NCBI GenBank assembly: GCA_964016885.1
Contig: OZ024743.1
Location: forward strand, 70,618,001 to 70,682,000
Source: Eledone cirrhosa
Lineage: Eukaryota
Length of the DNA stretch: 64,000 nt
Reading direction: 5' to 3'
Below, piece by piece: positions 14,301 to 28,128 of this stretch. Position 1 is the stretch's first letter. Each line of letters opens with the position of its first letter. Made by a program: the position numbers and the translations under genes. The notes under the pieces are model-generated. The model saw only the letters and a list, made by a program, of their open reading frames with translations, was not told the origin of the DNA and did no database searches.

Positions 14301-15442
14301 TCCACCTTCACTACCGTCAACGTCTAGGACCGCCAGTCGACCCTCCGGGTCCAGATGTACCGTCTGTGTTACGAGGCCCAGGTGTTTCCGCATCAAAAAG
14401 GAAACCCCGCCCCCACCCCCCCGGCTGACAGAGAGATGCGTAGATCTCAAAGTCATCGAAGATGGGAGCCAGCTGTCGCTCGCTGTGGATCCTGGACTCG
14501 CAAATGGCTACTACATCCATACTGTGCGACCTGAGGTCGTTTAAGAGTTTGCCCTGTTTCCAGGGCATCCCCAGGCCGCGTACATTCACACACCCAACTC
14601 TTATATTGGCCATGTTGGTTCTGAAAAGTTAAAAGAGGAGAAGAAAACACTCACCTCTTCGTCTCCCGGGGATCAAGCCGCACGGTTTCCATGGGGGTGT
14701 TAGAGGAGTTGTCTGGGTGGGTGGTGGTTTCCGGCGGGGTGGGGACGGAGATGTTTGGTGGGGTGGGGGTGTCTGGGGTGAGGGTGGGGAAACTTTTTAA
14801 AAGGACGCGGTTAATGGGTTTAACACAAGGATTACCCATGTCCTTAGGAAAGTTTTCCTTTAAAGACTTATAGGTGTCCGTAGAGACCCTAATCATCTTT
14901 AAATTAGGTTTGTCTACACAGTTCGAAAAAGTTTTCCCTTCGGTTTTCATCGAAGGGTCGTTGGAGATGACCTTCATTAAAGTTTTGTTTTTACTGTTTA
15001 TGTGCGTGTAATGTTCTTGTTGTGTTGCGGTGGTTTTTGTCTGTTGTTCTTGTGGGAGCTTTCGTTTTGTTGTAGGTGTTTGTGTTTGGGGTGATGTCGT
15101 GGTTTTGTTTTCGGGATGGGGGGGGGGGTCGTAGTGTTTGTGTTGTTTGAGTTGGTGGTTGTATGTTTGTAGTGATGTTTGTTGTTTTTTTGTTCTTGTG
15201 GTGTCTTTTCTTCTTTCTTTTCGAACGGAGAGGCTCTCCCACATCATCACTTGGCGATGATGTGGGGGCCTTGTCCGTTGTGGTGTCTGTGTTATTTGGA
15301 AGGGGTATGTTTTGGGGAGCTGTTGTGTTTGTGGGTGTTTTTGCAGTGGTTTTAGGTGGAGTGGGGTTGGGTGGGACTGTGCTTGCAGGATGGTTTGATG
15401 TTCTTGTTTCGGTTGTGTTTGCGTGTTGTTGTTGTTGTTGTT
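11341..15442 (-). mobile_element. Tx1/L1-clade non-LTR retrotransposon, 5'-truncated within ORF1
   Basis: Low-complexity T/P/K-rich ORF1 remnant at 14651-15440. ORF2 has APE endonuclease, RT and Cys-His C-terminal domains. The 3' end has an aataag/aataaa motif, then (TATC)n. Confidence 0.92.
11582..14613 (-). pseudogene. ORF2 (APE endonuclease + reverse transcriptase), multiply frameshifted
   Basis: Endonuclease motifs MANIRVGCVNVRGL, LLVGDWN, SYLDR, SDHK and GPGYWKLN. RT motifs NFRPITLLN, LDQSKAFDRVDH, SIRQGCPLS and AYADD. C-terminal CPRC..ETVAHAFIDC. Confidence 0.93.

Positions 15443-15526
<84 letters not shown>
15443..15526. repeat. (GATA)n microsatellite at the LINE 5' junction
   Basis: Directly visible. 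Similar tracts at 11287-11340 and 10320-10335. Confidence 0.95.
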
Positions 15527-15527
<1 letters not shown>

Positions 15528-16854
15528 GTACGTCGAGCTTCTACAGCTTCTGATTACCAAATTACCCTCACAAGGAATTGTTCAAACCGTGACTATAGTA
15601 AAAGACACAAGATACTTGCTCAAGTTGCCGCGCAGTGGAACTGATCCCGACACTATTAGTTGCGAAGGAAGCACCATATTCACTCAACAATGCCTGTACT
15701 CCTTTATATATTTCATCAGTAAGGCAGCCCAGATATTTGATCTAAACATTAAAATGTATTATGGATACTAATGATGAGTATAGCAATACCTCTCAGCCAC
15801 TGTTTTTTTTGTTTTGTATTGTTTTTTTGTTTTATTTTGTTATTTTTTCTCATGGCCCTTTTTTAATCCATGTTGCCCCTGAAAACTTCGTCCACTCTGA
15901 GGCAACATCAATTCTCAAGCATTCTCATGTTTGTTTGTTTGTTTGTTTGTTTGTTTGTTTTTAGTGGAGCGAGTAATTCTCATTAAATTGGGATTTCTTA
16001 ATATTAATTGATGCTCTCAAGACCTTGCATCAACATTTAAGGTGATTTGAGCTGTTAAAGAAGATAATGCTGTGGGCCCCGTGAAGCAATTTCTGCTCTT
16101 CATTGCATCGTTTTTGAAGCAACATTTTACGGTTGATGTCCTTCATGACGTTAACTTTTTCTGTCGCTCTTTTCGCCACAAGCATACGGTTTCGTCTTAA
16201 GCATACGGTCTACCTATTCTTTACTGGTTGAGCACACACACTATAAGTTGTTTTTTTAATCACTTTTACTATTTTCGTTGCTTATTAATCACAGAATTAT
16301 CATATAGAAAAACTGTTTGTAGTAGCTAACAGACAAAACATTTTTATGTGAATAAAATTAAGAATTAGCAAACAATTCTATAAATATAAATTAACCGGGA
16401 ATTTCCAATGTTCTTAAAAACTAAGACATAATTATTATTCTGACATATATAGTTATTTCATCCTGGTTTCAAATGAATTATTTCGCCGTTAATTATCATT
16501 ATCCTAATTTATCTCATTAATTTAAACCGTCTTTATATACTATGTTTTGATAGATAGCTTTTCTTTTTTGTTTTCCTTGCTTATTAGTATTAACCACTCT
16601 AACAAAAACACCAGTTAACTTCATAGTCCTAGAGAATGTAACATATAACTGTCCATGACTAAGTATTGGTTGTGGTAAGTAAATCCCTTTCTTATTAAAT
16701 GTTTGACCCTGGGATCGTCACTGAATAAGTAAATCTAACTGGAGCCTGGGATCTATTTTAAAGGTTCAAGTTAACAAACAATAGTTAATTGTACTAAAGC
16801 TAATACTAGAAATAAATAATAATTTATAAAAAAATACATCTTAACTTAATTATT

Positions 16855-17390
16855 CTTCTTCCTCCTCCTACTCCTACTCTCCTTCTTCTTCTTCTTCTTC
16901 TTCTTTTTCTTCTTCTTCTTCTTCTTCTTCTTCTTCTTCTTCTTCTTCTTCTTCTTCTCCTTCTTCTTCTTCTTCTTCTCCTTCTTCTTCTTCTTCTTCT
17001 TCTTCTTCTTCTTCTTCGCCCACTTATTCCTAACAGGGTTATGGGGCTGTGTCACAAACACTCTTTCCAGTCGGTCCTCTCAGAAGCAACCGTTTTCAAA
17101 TAATCCGGCCGAGCCCATAGATGTTATCCAACTATCTACCTCTGGGTCTCCTGCCGATTGGTTTCGCACGTAAAATCTACCAGCCGATAATTTCCTGAGA
17201 CATTCTAACCACATGCCTATAGTATCGGAGCTGTGAGCTCTCAATTCGAAGAAGTAGCGTCTTTACCTGGGGGTGGATATCTCATCTCCGAGCTACACAC
17301 TCTATTGAGTAACGTTACTCCAAAGACCCGTCGGAGGAACCCCCATTTCGACCATTTGTATTCACGATCGTATTCTTTCGAATTAAAAAA
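16855..17390 (-). mobile_element. RTE LINE 3' fragment with (GAA)n tail
   Basis: Degenerate LRYYRHVVRM...KPIGRRPRGR on the minus strand. (TTC)n at 16855-17017. Paralogous to 24558-25060. Confidence 0.7.
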
Positions 17391-18045
17391 GAAAATACTT
17401 CTCCCTTTCCCTTGCTGTGTGCATGTATGTATATATAGTCCAGTTAGTACATCAACCTAGTGTCTAAGGAGCCCAGTAAGAACAGCCGAACTCCTACTGT
17501 TATCGCCTCCATCTCTCCATCTCCCCATCTCTCCGTATGGTGAGCAAATGGGGTCCCACGTGCTGGCTTCCCCACAGCCTCGGCGGACAGAATGGAGAGG
17601 GCGTTTCCCTTCCTTATCACAAACCATAACCAACAGCATATAACTGTCTAAATACAGGTTGTGGTAAGTAAATCTGAATCTTATTAAATATCTGATCTTG
17701 TGCTTTATTAATTGTTATTGAATAAAATAATCGAACCGGAAACTTCATATAAGGATAATTTAGCAGACGGAAGTTAATTCCATTGAATTCGTTAAATAAT
17801 TGACGGCTTTAAAAGAAAGAAATTCAATCTTCACCAACCCCTCCTTACTACAAAAACAACCACCATTACCATCATCGTCAGTAAATAGAGTTCCCTCTTA
17901 TCATAAATAACGTTCCCTCTCACAGTTACCACTTTCCCTCCATGAGCGTTCTTAACTCACTCTCTTTTTTTTTTTTGCCTCTTCCTCTAACAGTAAAACC
18001 TATTGTGTACCTCTCGCCAATAAACACTCCTCCCCCTTTCTTCCC

Positions 18046-18139
<94 letters not shown>

Positions 18140-18509
18140 CTTGTTCTCTCCTATAAAAAAAATCTTCTCTCTCTCACTCTTAACACTTTCTCTCTATAAA
18201 TATCCCTCTCGCTCCTTCTCTCTATATCTCTATCTCTCTGCCCCTCACTCTTACTATACCTCAATCATACGTATATAAGTGAGAGAGGCATAGGCGGAGG
18301 GAGAGGGGGCAGTATTTATAGAACGAGTGTGGTAACGGTGAGAGGCAATGAGTATATTCCACCATAAGACGGAAACGGAAAGGAATTTTTTGTTAATTCT
18401 TCAAAAAATAATATATTCATAAGATTGACACTGTATTTAGTGTGAGTCTTGTGGCTGATAGAAACTTTTTTTTAGGGAGGGGGGGGGGTACTATTTGACT
18501 ACAGTTAGG

Positions 18510-18938
18510 ATGGTGGTAGCATAGCAAAATTTGTAGAGCGACGGATAAAATGTCAATACGGTATTTACTCTGGTTCTTTATATTCTGAGTTCAATTCCCA
18601 CCGAAGCTAATTTTGTCTTTCATCATTAGGAAGTCGATAAAATAAATTGTCTGCCAAATACTAGGGTTCTTTTAATAAAGATTTCCCCAGATTTGGTTGG
18701 CCTCGTGCCTCAATTAGGAATCAATATATATATAGAGGGCGGTGGATTGGTAGTATCGGTAGAGGCTCGGACAACATCCTTTGAAGCATAGAGTTACGGC
18801 CCTTTATGATCTGAGTTCAAATCCCGCCGAGCATCCTTACGGGGTCGATAAAATAAAGTACCAGTCACGCACTGGGGTCGATTTAATCGACTTTCCCCTC
18901 CCCCAAAATTGCTGGCCTTGTGCCTATATAAGAAACCA

Positions 18939-18940
<2 letters not shown>
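18510..18940 (+). mobile_element. Two adjacent tRNA-derived SINEs
   Basis: Heads with A-box-like tggtagtatcgg and B-box gagttcaaatcc. Body gtcgataaaataaagtaccagt. Confidence 0.75.
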
Positions 18941-18988
<48 letters not shown>

Positions 18989-19204
18989 GGTAAACAGAAA
19001 TAACAACACAATCGGTACAGTATATGGAAGGGATATATTAGGTTAACGCTTGATATAACAGGAAGAGGGTCTTAACGTTTTGGACGCTGTTCCTTCATCA
19101 GGGGACGGGCGGGTCGGAATTGTAAAAAATGTTTTTAAATAAAAATAACAGGTCCATTCATGTTGACATCTCTGACGCGCGTGTGTATGTGTGTGTGTGT
19201 GTAA

Positions 19205-19425
19205 GGGTGGTTGATTAGCAGAATCGGTAGAGCGTCAGATGAAATGCCATAGCGGTATTTTTTCTGGCTCTTTACATTCTGAGTTCCAATCCTGCCGCTG
19301 TCTACTTTGCATTTCATCTTTCCGTGGTCAATAAAATAAAGTACCAGTCAAGTACTGGAGTTCACTTAATCAAGTTTTTCCTTCCACCAAATTTACTGGC
19401 CTTGTGCTTAAATTAGAAGTCAATA
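19205..19425 (+). mobile_element. tRNA-derived SINE
   Basis: Same family as 58913-59102. More diverged copies at ~21115-21260, 22220-22365, 36085-36220 (-), 40035-40130 (-) and 44125-44325. Confidence 0.7.
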
Positions 19426-19439
19426 TTTGACTACAGTGT

Positions 19440-19850
19440 TGTGATACATGAGAACCATCTCTTCTCTCAATATCATGGTGGTTGCCAGCTTTTGATAGCA
19501 GACAATTCATTCAACTAAAGCCAAATCCATCAAAATACAAGGTTTTCCTTTAATGTCAGCATCATCAGTAAGGATCCATACATTCTAAATGGAATCACCA
19601 ACCAAACTGGAATGTTCACCTTTTGAACGTCACTCAAACGAACATTAATCACTGTTGGAAGGCTTCAAACGATCAACAAACACTACTATTATTATGTTGC
19701 AGGTCAGCGTTAACTATAGATATGATCGGAAACCAAAGCAATTCTTGACGTCTTATATTAACACCGAATTACTTAGGTTTTCAAATCAAAGCAGTAGCCT
19801 CTTTCGAAGATATGACATCACAATTTCCTTCTTGTGACTGTATTCTCAGT
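19440..19850 (-). pseudogene. Highly decayed reverse transcriptase fragment
   Basis: Minus-strand FGVNIRRQELLWFP resembles the GVRQG..LSP motif; downstream TDDADI resembles YADD. Confidence 0.35.
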
Positions 19851-20219
19851 AAAAATATATATTACAGATGTAAAAATATCACAGATATATATCGCATTCT
19901 CTGGGGAGATGAAATTAACTGATGTTTTTGTTTGAGTAGTTAGTGACAATAAGCAAGAGGAAAAATCTATTGGTATAAGCAACAGTGTATAAGTATTAAA
20001 TTAATGATATAGATTACGATAATGCTAATTAATGGTAAACTAATTCAAATGATATAATACGAAAGAAGAAAACATCACGCGACAGTGATTATCTGTCCAT
20101 TAAAATGGTTGTTATTTTAAAATGACATAATATTATTTCAACGGACAATGAAATGACGATTTTAATATGTGCATCAGTTTAAGTTATAATTAAAGATTGT
20201 TCCAAGCTCAGAGGCTCAT

Positions 20220-20440
20220 CAGATCTGTGCTTATCTCAGTGTTTCATCAGCGTTAAAACGACTGAGTGTGAAATGTTCCTCCTGGATAGGACGCCAATCC
20301 ATAACAGTGTAGACCTCCAGCTACTGGTGGTATTCATTTGCAGCTGAATGACCTTGAGCGTCGTAAACCTAACACGTCATCCTATCCAAGAATCGAACCC
20401 ACGATATTGATCCAACATCCTAAGAAAGAGGCCACATGCC
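20220..20440 (-). mobile_element. Diverged SINE
   Basis: cctggataggacgccaatccat...cattt.cagctgaatg...gaatcgaaccc, the last being a reverse B-box. Confidence 0.5.
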
Positions 20441-20871
20441 TACATATACAGTAGTTGCCGTTCAAAATTGTCCTTGTTTTATGGTCTTGTGTATTTGATT
20501 TGAAAGAGCTGACATCTATTATTGCAATGTTAAGGTTTTTTGCAGATATCCTTCAAATTATTCTACAGCCAAATGTTGTTAGGTATCACATACTACTCTT
20601 TTACCTGTTCCAGCCACCCGGCTGAGGACATGATGGGGTATGCCCTAAACTACTGTTTGCAAAAAAAACAAAAAAAACTTCGTCACAACATTTTTGAAAG
20701 CAAGCAATGAACGTCCTCTATCTATCTAGCGTAATGGCAGCACCATTAGTTATACAAGTTAATATATTTCAGATTAGACTATTTTTCCTTGTAAATTATT
20801 TTATCTTTGGTGAATGTTGTAAATCTTCGAGCCAAAGGTGAATTGCATTCATATAGCTCCGACTAACTTAA

Positions 20872-21092
20872 CCTTTTAGCATTTAAACTGGCCGTTTCGG
20901 GCCAGAATTCTCTCACCTCTCTCTATTCAAACCGGCCATGACTGACCCCTCATACTGATTTTAAGGTATTGTTCTCAAAATAAATAGTATCAAAATCTGA
21001 TAGATTCGATATTATGTGAGATAATTATGTGAGATAAAGCCTTTACTGCAAAATCACAATAGTAAATATAGAGTAATGTAAATACTAAAGGG
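20872..21092. mobile_element. piggyBac-type MITE
   Basis: TTAA at 20868-20871 and 21093-21096. TIRs ccttttagcattta / taaatactaaaggg match at 12 of 14 positions. Confidence 0.75.
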
Positions 21093-21578
21093 TTAATTAC
21101 TCCGTGCACAATTCCAGTGAATCGGTGGCGAATTGAATGTCAGATAGAAGGCTTTGTGGTATTTATTCCGGCTCTCTGCTCTCTGAATTTAAATCCCGTT
21201 AAGGGCAACTTTGCATATCATCCTTTAGAGATTGATAAAATACCAGCCCTGTACTGGATTCAATTCTCCCTCTATATCTCTTTCTCACTTGTTCTCTCTC
21301 ACCCTCTTCCTCTCCTCTGTATGCAGATATGGAGAGGGATGAGCTTACTACGTCTACAATGCTCAACACACGCTGTATGTCCCTACGCCTCCATCAGGTA
21401 TTACGGGTCCATACATATATAACCTGAGTAACTGCCTCCTTTAGACAAAGTAAGATGTACTTTGTACAGTTCATTTGTGTGTACAGGTGGATTCGTCTGT
21501 CTGTGTGTGTAAGAACATTTGTTAGAGAATAGTAGATGAGAAGAAGGTGGGGTTAGGTGATGTAGGAAGGTTTGTAAT

Positions 21579-21770
21579 CGGACCTGCCAAACTCTAAAAA
21601 CCCAAACGAGGAGTGCCATGAAAAATGGCCCCAAAATGGGGAGAAATGGAATAAAATGGGAGATTTTACATAATGAAAGTTATATCCATTTTAACAAGAG
21701 AAGACATCTCTCACCCACCCCAAAGTGGGTGGGAAATCTCCCCGTTTGACGGGGAGTGTTGACATATCTG
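21579..21770. mobile_element. Probable hAT-type MITE
   Basis: Imperfect TIRs cggacctgccaa / ttgacatatctg, with ttgtaat duplicated on both sides. Confidence 0.45.
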
Positions 21771-23004
21771 TTGTAATTATAGACAAAATATTACACAATT
21801 TTGACAAATACCAAGAGGACATTTTCTCTAACGCTCTAACGATTCTTCTATTTTACCATCCAATGGTATCAGAGAGACTATGGTTATAACATTGTCTGTT
21901 AGTTCCATTGTAGTGAGGAGTCGGAAATCGAACTTTACAAGTTCTCAGCTTTCAACGAAGAGTAAAAAGAAAAAACCGCGTACATTCTATTGACCTGGGT
22001 GTCGTTAAAAGGGCAGGGTGCTAAACATGAACACTTCTCTAATCAAAGACACTGTCTATGTGATTCAATTAATTTTGAAAATAATCAAATTGGACGAATT
22101 TAATCAAATAAATAACTCTTTCATCACTAAGCTGGTAATTTGAGCATTACTTAACAAATTTCTTATATTAAATTCTTCCATCATAATTTTATTTAAAGCA
22201 ACAACATTTTAAAAGCAGCAAATTAGCTGAGTCTCTAGAGCGTCGACTAGAAATATTGTAGTATTCGTTCCGTCTCTCTATAACTGGGTTTCAAATCACA
22301 CCATAGTCATCGGTGCCTTTTATCCTTCGAAGTCCATAAAAATGTGCTAATTCAGTACTAGGGTCTCCACTATATTTCTTTTTCCTCTCCCACTCTTTTT
22401 TTCTTTGGAAGAAATCGCTTGTTCAGACATGGAAAGGGGTGTGCTCCTCCAACTTTTAAATACTCAAGAAAACAGAAGTTACGGGTTTATACATACACAA
22501 AAATATTTTAAAGCGAGCAGTTTAATATCATAAATGCAAGCCTTCTTCTGACGGTTTGTTGTCAAAGGATCAACCCTGTCCATTCTTCATAGCATTCGAA
22601 CTTACTAACATTCGACGAAACTACATAGACTAAATTCTTTCTGATAAAGAGTGTCACGAGTTTCCTGAAATTGTGGTTGAAATTTTGCTAAATTTATTTC
22701 CGACCGATAATTGGTAAAATGCAGCTAATCATCAACGAAATATCGTGTTTATTGGGCATCTACTGGGAGTCTGGAGCTGAATTACACAGATAAAATCTCA
22801 ATATAATACAGAATTAATCAAATAGCCATCAAATGACATAGATTAGTAAAATATCTACAAGTATTGTTTGTCTGTCATTGTAATGTTGGTGTTTTTCAAT
22901 AGAGTTACAATTACCTATAACAACATTTAACTATGTTTACATTGTAACTTCAGACAAACACAAACATAGACACAATCTATGTGTATGTATGTATTTATAT
23001 TTAT

Positions 23005-23224
<220 letters not shown>

Positions 23225-23294
23225 GTACTACATACATATAAATATATATATATATATATGTTTATACGTATATCTCTATTTATATAAGTGTGTG

Positions 23295-23355
<61 letters not shown>

Positions 23356-23682
23356 ACGCACGTTAATCATTTATACATTTGCAAGGAATTTCAGATGGAA
23401 AATAAGCGATAAAAACACACGGGATATCTATGGTAAGGTGATGGTGAAGTAGTATTGTTTCACAGAAAGGCGGAAGGGGAGAGAGGGATAGACGGAGGGA
23501 CAAAGAGACAGGCAGACAAATTCAATGAGTTGGAGAAAGAGAGAGGTGGAAAGAATGGGACAGACAGATCGAGACAGAAATGTAGAGGGAGAGAGTGGGA
23601 GTTAGAAAGACAGAGAATGACAGAAAGGGACTGAGGTGGAGTTAAATAGACAGAGACAGAGAGAGAGAGAGAGAGAGAGGGG

Positions 23683-23723
<41 letters not shown>

Positions 23724-23901
23724 GGGCAGAAGAGAGAGAGAGCTGGAGATTAGACATCGTTCGGTGTAAATGGAATCATGTGTGCTGTGTAAACCTGAAT
23801 TTCGGGTTTCGATTCTAGGAAGTCGTATCTTTTACATTTTTCGACTCGTAATTATTATATAGGATTGTAGCATGCTAAATGTGTAATAGAATGAATCACC
23901 A

Positions 23902-23965
<64 letters not shown>

Positions 23966-23978
23966 ATATATATGTATG

Positions 23979-24047
<69 letters not shown>

Positions 24048-24154
24048 ATATATATATATTTATCGTGTATGTGTGTGTGTATGTGTGTCCGTTGGTTTGT
24101 CTGTTAAAAATAGGCGAATAGATTGTTAAATTGATACAAACACAGACAAGACAG

Positions 24155-24237
<83 letters not shown>

Positions 24238-24557
24238 GTATAGTTATATATAAGGTGTGTGTACAGTAAAAGAGGGACTGGTTATATAGTCTTAATCACT
24301 AAATTCTTGTCAATTCCACAAAATTTGCCGAAATTACGTAATATAACCCTCGGTCTGTGTATAATATATATATATGTATATGTGTGTGTATGTGTGTGTG
24401 TGTGTATGTGTGTGTGTAGCCCTTCCTATATGTCTTGCCCATTCACCCATCTCATTCACTATTCTCTTATATATATTTATAAACACACTTACATACACGT
24501 GCACAAACATGTGTGAACCACATTCTCAGGAAGATTTAACACGAGTGTGTAAAAATC

Positions 24558-25060
24558 TTTCTTCTTCTTCTTCTTCTTCTTCTTCTTCTTCTTCTTCTTC
24601 TTCTTCTTCTTCTTCTTCTTCTTCTTCTTCTTCGTCCACTTTTTTCCTGAGAGGGTCGTGGAGCAAATATCTCAAACATTCCTTCTAATGAGTCCTGTCA
24701 GAAACAACAGTCGCCAACTGATCCGGCTGGATTACCAAGCGAGATCAGCCAAACTCATGGATGTTATCCAACCATCTTGGTCTGGATCTACCCCTGGGTC
24801 TCTTGCCGGTTGGTTTCACCCGTAAAATTTGTCCAGCAATTCTTTCCAGAGGCATTCTAACCACATGCCCATCGTATCAGAGCTGTGATATCTCAATTTG
24901 AAGAAGTAGCAGCTCTACCTGGAATGACTATCTGATCTCCGAGCTATGCACTCCAAAGACCCATTTCGGCCGCTTGTATTCGCGATCGTATTCTTTCGGT
25001 GATTACTCAAGATCCATGCCCATAATTAAGGGTTGGCACGAATACCGAATTGAAAATAGC
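24558..25060 (-). mobile_element. RTE LINE 3' fragment with (GAA)n tail
   Basis: Minus strand YDGHVVRMP...KPTGKRPRGR. (TTC)n at 24558-24633. Confidence 0.7.
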
Positions 25061-25557
25061 GTTTTCAGCTTTTACACCTGCCTCCCCTCTTCTGGTGACC
25101 GAATACAGAACCTAGTGAATTACTGCACAAGCCCCTACAATTCTGGCACTTAATATAGCCTTCTGCCTTCCACCAGTCGTGAACACGGCCCCGGGATACT
25201 TGAACTTCTCCACCTACTCCAGTGGAAATCCTCCCAAATGTAAAGTACATTGCGCAGGCTGCCTTGAGTGTCTCAGTTTTCGCAGCTGATTTTTCTTCAT
25301 GCCGTGCAGCACTAAGTAGCAAACCTATCAAGAGCATATCGAAGATTACTTTCTGACAAATTTAGTAGTATGATGTCATCTGCAAAAGTTACCTTTTGAA
25401 AACTGTCAGTCTCATCTAGATAAGAGTATAAGCTACACCCAATATATATGCCATATATACTGTGTCATGTAAAAATTATTTTCACTTGCGCGATTAACGG
25501 CAATTCGCGAAACTCGGAGTAGCACAGAGCTTAATCTTATTATATGTATATATATAA

Positions 25558-27186
25558 CACCGTGTAGCAAAAAAAAATGTTTCTCTGTTCCTGGCTTGTA
25601 ATCACTTTTTTGTGTTGCTTAGGTCCCAAATAAATTTTTAAAAAGTGCTATTAAACAGTTAAAAGTTTGGGTTTGTAAAAATTCTAAGCTATTTGCTAGA
25701 ATTATATGTATGCTGGATTTTACGTTGTATGTAAGTTTAATTTGCTTATGTTAAATGATTTTTTATATATGTTTCAGGTTAAATTAACATTATAAAATAA
25801 AGAGTAATACCTAAAGAAAATTATAAAAGTGCAATAAAGTATAAAATTGTTAAAAAGTGGATTAAAGAGATTTATTGATACTGGATTTTCGCACCCTGAA
25901 TAAAGGGTAAGGATGAAGCAGTGGAACTTGGTCAAGGAGGAAGTGCAGGTGACAAGTCAGAGAAGTTGACACGAACCTTTCTCAGGCTTTTACACTCTTA
26001 GGTATGGTATCTGCTTCTGCCATGACGTGCCTGGACTGTTTGACGTTATTGCGGTGCCGTTTGTGCCCAAGAAGTGGCGGCTATTTATAGACAGATCCAC
26101 CGCAAGTTTGAAGGCTGTCCTCCCCACAATGGAAACAAGTTCCCGACACTGCCCCTAGCTCATTCAGTCTGCCTGAAGGAAGATTACTACAGTGTGAAAG
26201 TCCTCTTGGAAGCTCTGCAATACAACCAGTACAATTGGGAAATCATTGGAAACTTCAAGATGGTGGCTTTCCTGCTTGGACTCCAAGGAGGCTTTATCAA
26301 ATTCCAATGCTTCCTCTGCCTTTGGGACAGCAGAGCCACCTCTGACCTCTACAAAAGAAAGAACTGGGAGCAGTGAACAGAAATTGTAGTTGGGACCCAG
26401 AACGTAATGTGGGAGCCATTGGTTGATCTCAGGATTGTGCTCATGCCGCCACTGCACATTAAGTTGGGGTTGATGAAGCAGTTTGTGAAGGCTCTCAACC
26501 AAGAATCAGCCGCTTTTAAGTACCTTCTTGAGTTCTTCCCCAAGTTATCTGAGGCCCAAATCAAAGGTGTAATTTTTGTTGGACCTCAGATAATGAAGGT
26601 GTTTGAGTCTACCGAGTTCTCCAATAAGCTCAATAGGATTGATAGAACAGCATGGAACTGTTTCAATGCAGTTGTTAAGGGCTTCCTGGGCAACTACAGA
26701 GCTGAAAACTACCAGCAACTGGTGCAGGATCTGATAAAGGCTTTTGGCGCCATGGGATGCAGGATGTCGCTTAAACTCCATATGCTGGACGCTCACCTGG
26801 AAAAATTCAAGGACAATATGGGCGCCTACTCAGAAGAACAAGGCGAACGATTCCACCAAGATGCGAAAGAAATAGAGCGAAGGTATCAGGGCCACTACAA
26901 TGAAAAAATGATGGGGTACTATATCTGAGAGCTAGTGCGGGAATGCAACCTGGACTACTACCGCAAATCCAGGAAATCCAGTCATTTCTGACGTGTATAA
27001 ATTGCTTTATAAGTGTTATTTGTTTTTACTTATTTGCTTTTGATAAGCTTGTGTAATAAAATAAATATATACGCTGTTGATTTAAATATATGAACTGATA
27101 AAATAATGTTTTTTTTATAATAATGGGATATAACAAACCATGAAATAACACTTAGAGCCGGGGAACAAAAAATATGTGACACGGTG
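25558..27186 (+). mobile_element. Internally deleted Chapaev3-like (CMC) DNA transposon
   Basis: taa|CACCGTGT ... ACACGGTG|taa gives a 3-bp TAA TSD and CAC..GTG ends. Transposase remnant inside. Confidence 0.8.
26070..26990 (+). pseudogene. Transposase C-terminal remnant (Chapaev3-like)
   Basis: LLGLQGGFIKFQCFLCLWDSRA, PPLHIKLGLMKQFVKAL, MSLKLHMLDAHL and SEEQGERFHQD. Contains stops and a frameshift. Confidence 0.85.
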
Positions 27187-27914
27187 TAATTTCCCAACGC
27201 AAAATATTTCAAATTTCGTCAATGCTTCCTCGCACTGCTTGTTTTTGCCGAGAATATTAGCATAGTTATACTTCAAAACTCATAGCGAATGGTCTTCTAA
27301 ATGTTTTTAATCAAACATACAGTATACTGCCAAATATACTATATATATATATATATATATATATGAATTTGAAAACATGGCGTGCTGCGTGGTTGCAAAT
27401 GGGTTACATATGAATAAATTTAGTCCTTCATCAGTGATCTTGCAACCTTCATTGGTATTTCATCGCTTTAAAGACCATATACCTCCGGTTGGTGCGAGCA
27501 ACGGCTAAAGAAAGTCGTTGGGACACATAAATAGGGGGAACGAGCGAGACAGTAAACAAACAAAGAAAAGTGAGGAAGAAGGAGTCAAGTCCCTGAAATC
27601 GATGAACATAAGTTCTGTGAAGTCGTGGACGAGAGAGAATAAAGACCATCAAACCTGGTCGAAATGTGAGTAAGGAAAGAATTTCGCACAGGTCAAACGG
27701 GAGGAAGAAGGAGTCAAGTCCCTGATTATTATACTTGGGGAGGGTCATATTGTTGTAATAATATTGCCAGAAATAATAACAGAACACTCACTGTTAGGTT
27801 AGTTTTCGCTTCTGTATCTTTTATATCTCCATAGTTAATTTATTTGGCAATCAACGTTTATCATTGATTGACCAACGGTTGAAAATACAGATATAAATAT
27901 ATATATATAGTCTA

Positions 27915-27967
<53 letters not shown>

Positions 27968-28034
27968 ATTATGAAGAGAAGAAACATTAGATATAATTAG
28001 TAATAAGATATATCATACCTAGCTGTTTCTATAG

Positions 28035-28128
28035 TCCCCGACTACGTAGTTTCGTGGCATATTATGCAAAAACACTAGATCATAGAGATATAGAGTCTTT
28101 GTGAGGTTCTCCCGACTTATCAAGGGGA
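28035..28128 (-). ncRNA. Type I hammerhead with U3-A8 core variant
   Basis: Reverse complement of 29203-29296, with the same TTGATAA core. Confidence 0.65.

Noticed and set aside
27570-27730. gaggaagaaggagtcaagtccctgaaatcgat, resembling an HHR
   Set aside because: CUGA is absent and there is no NUH site or stem I.
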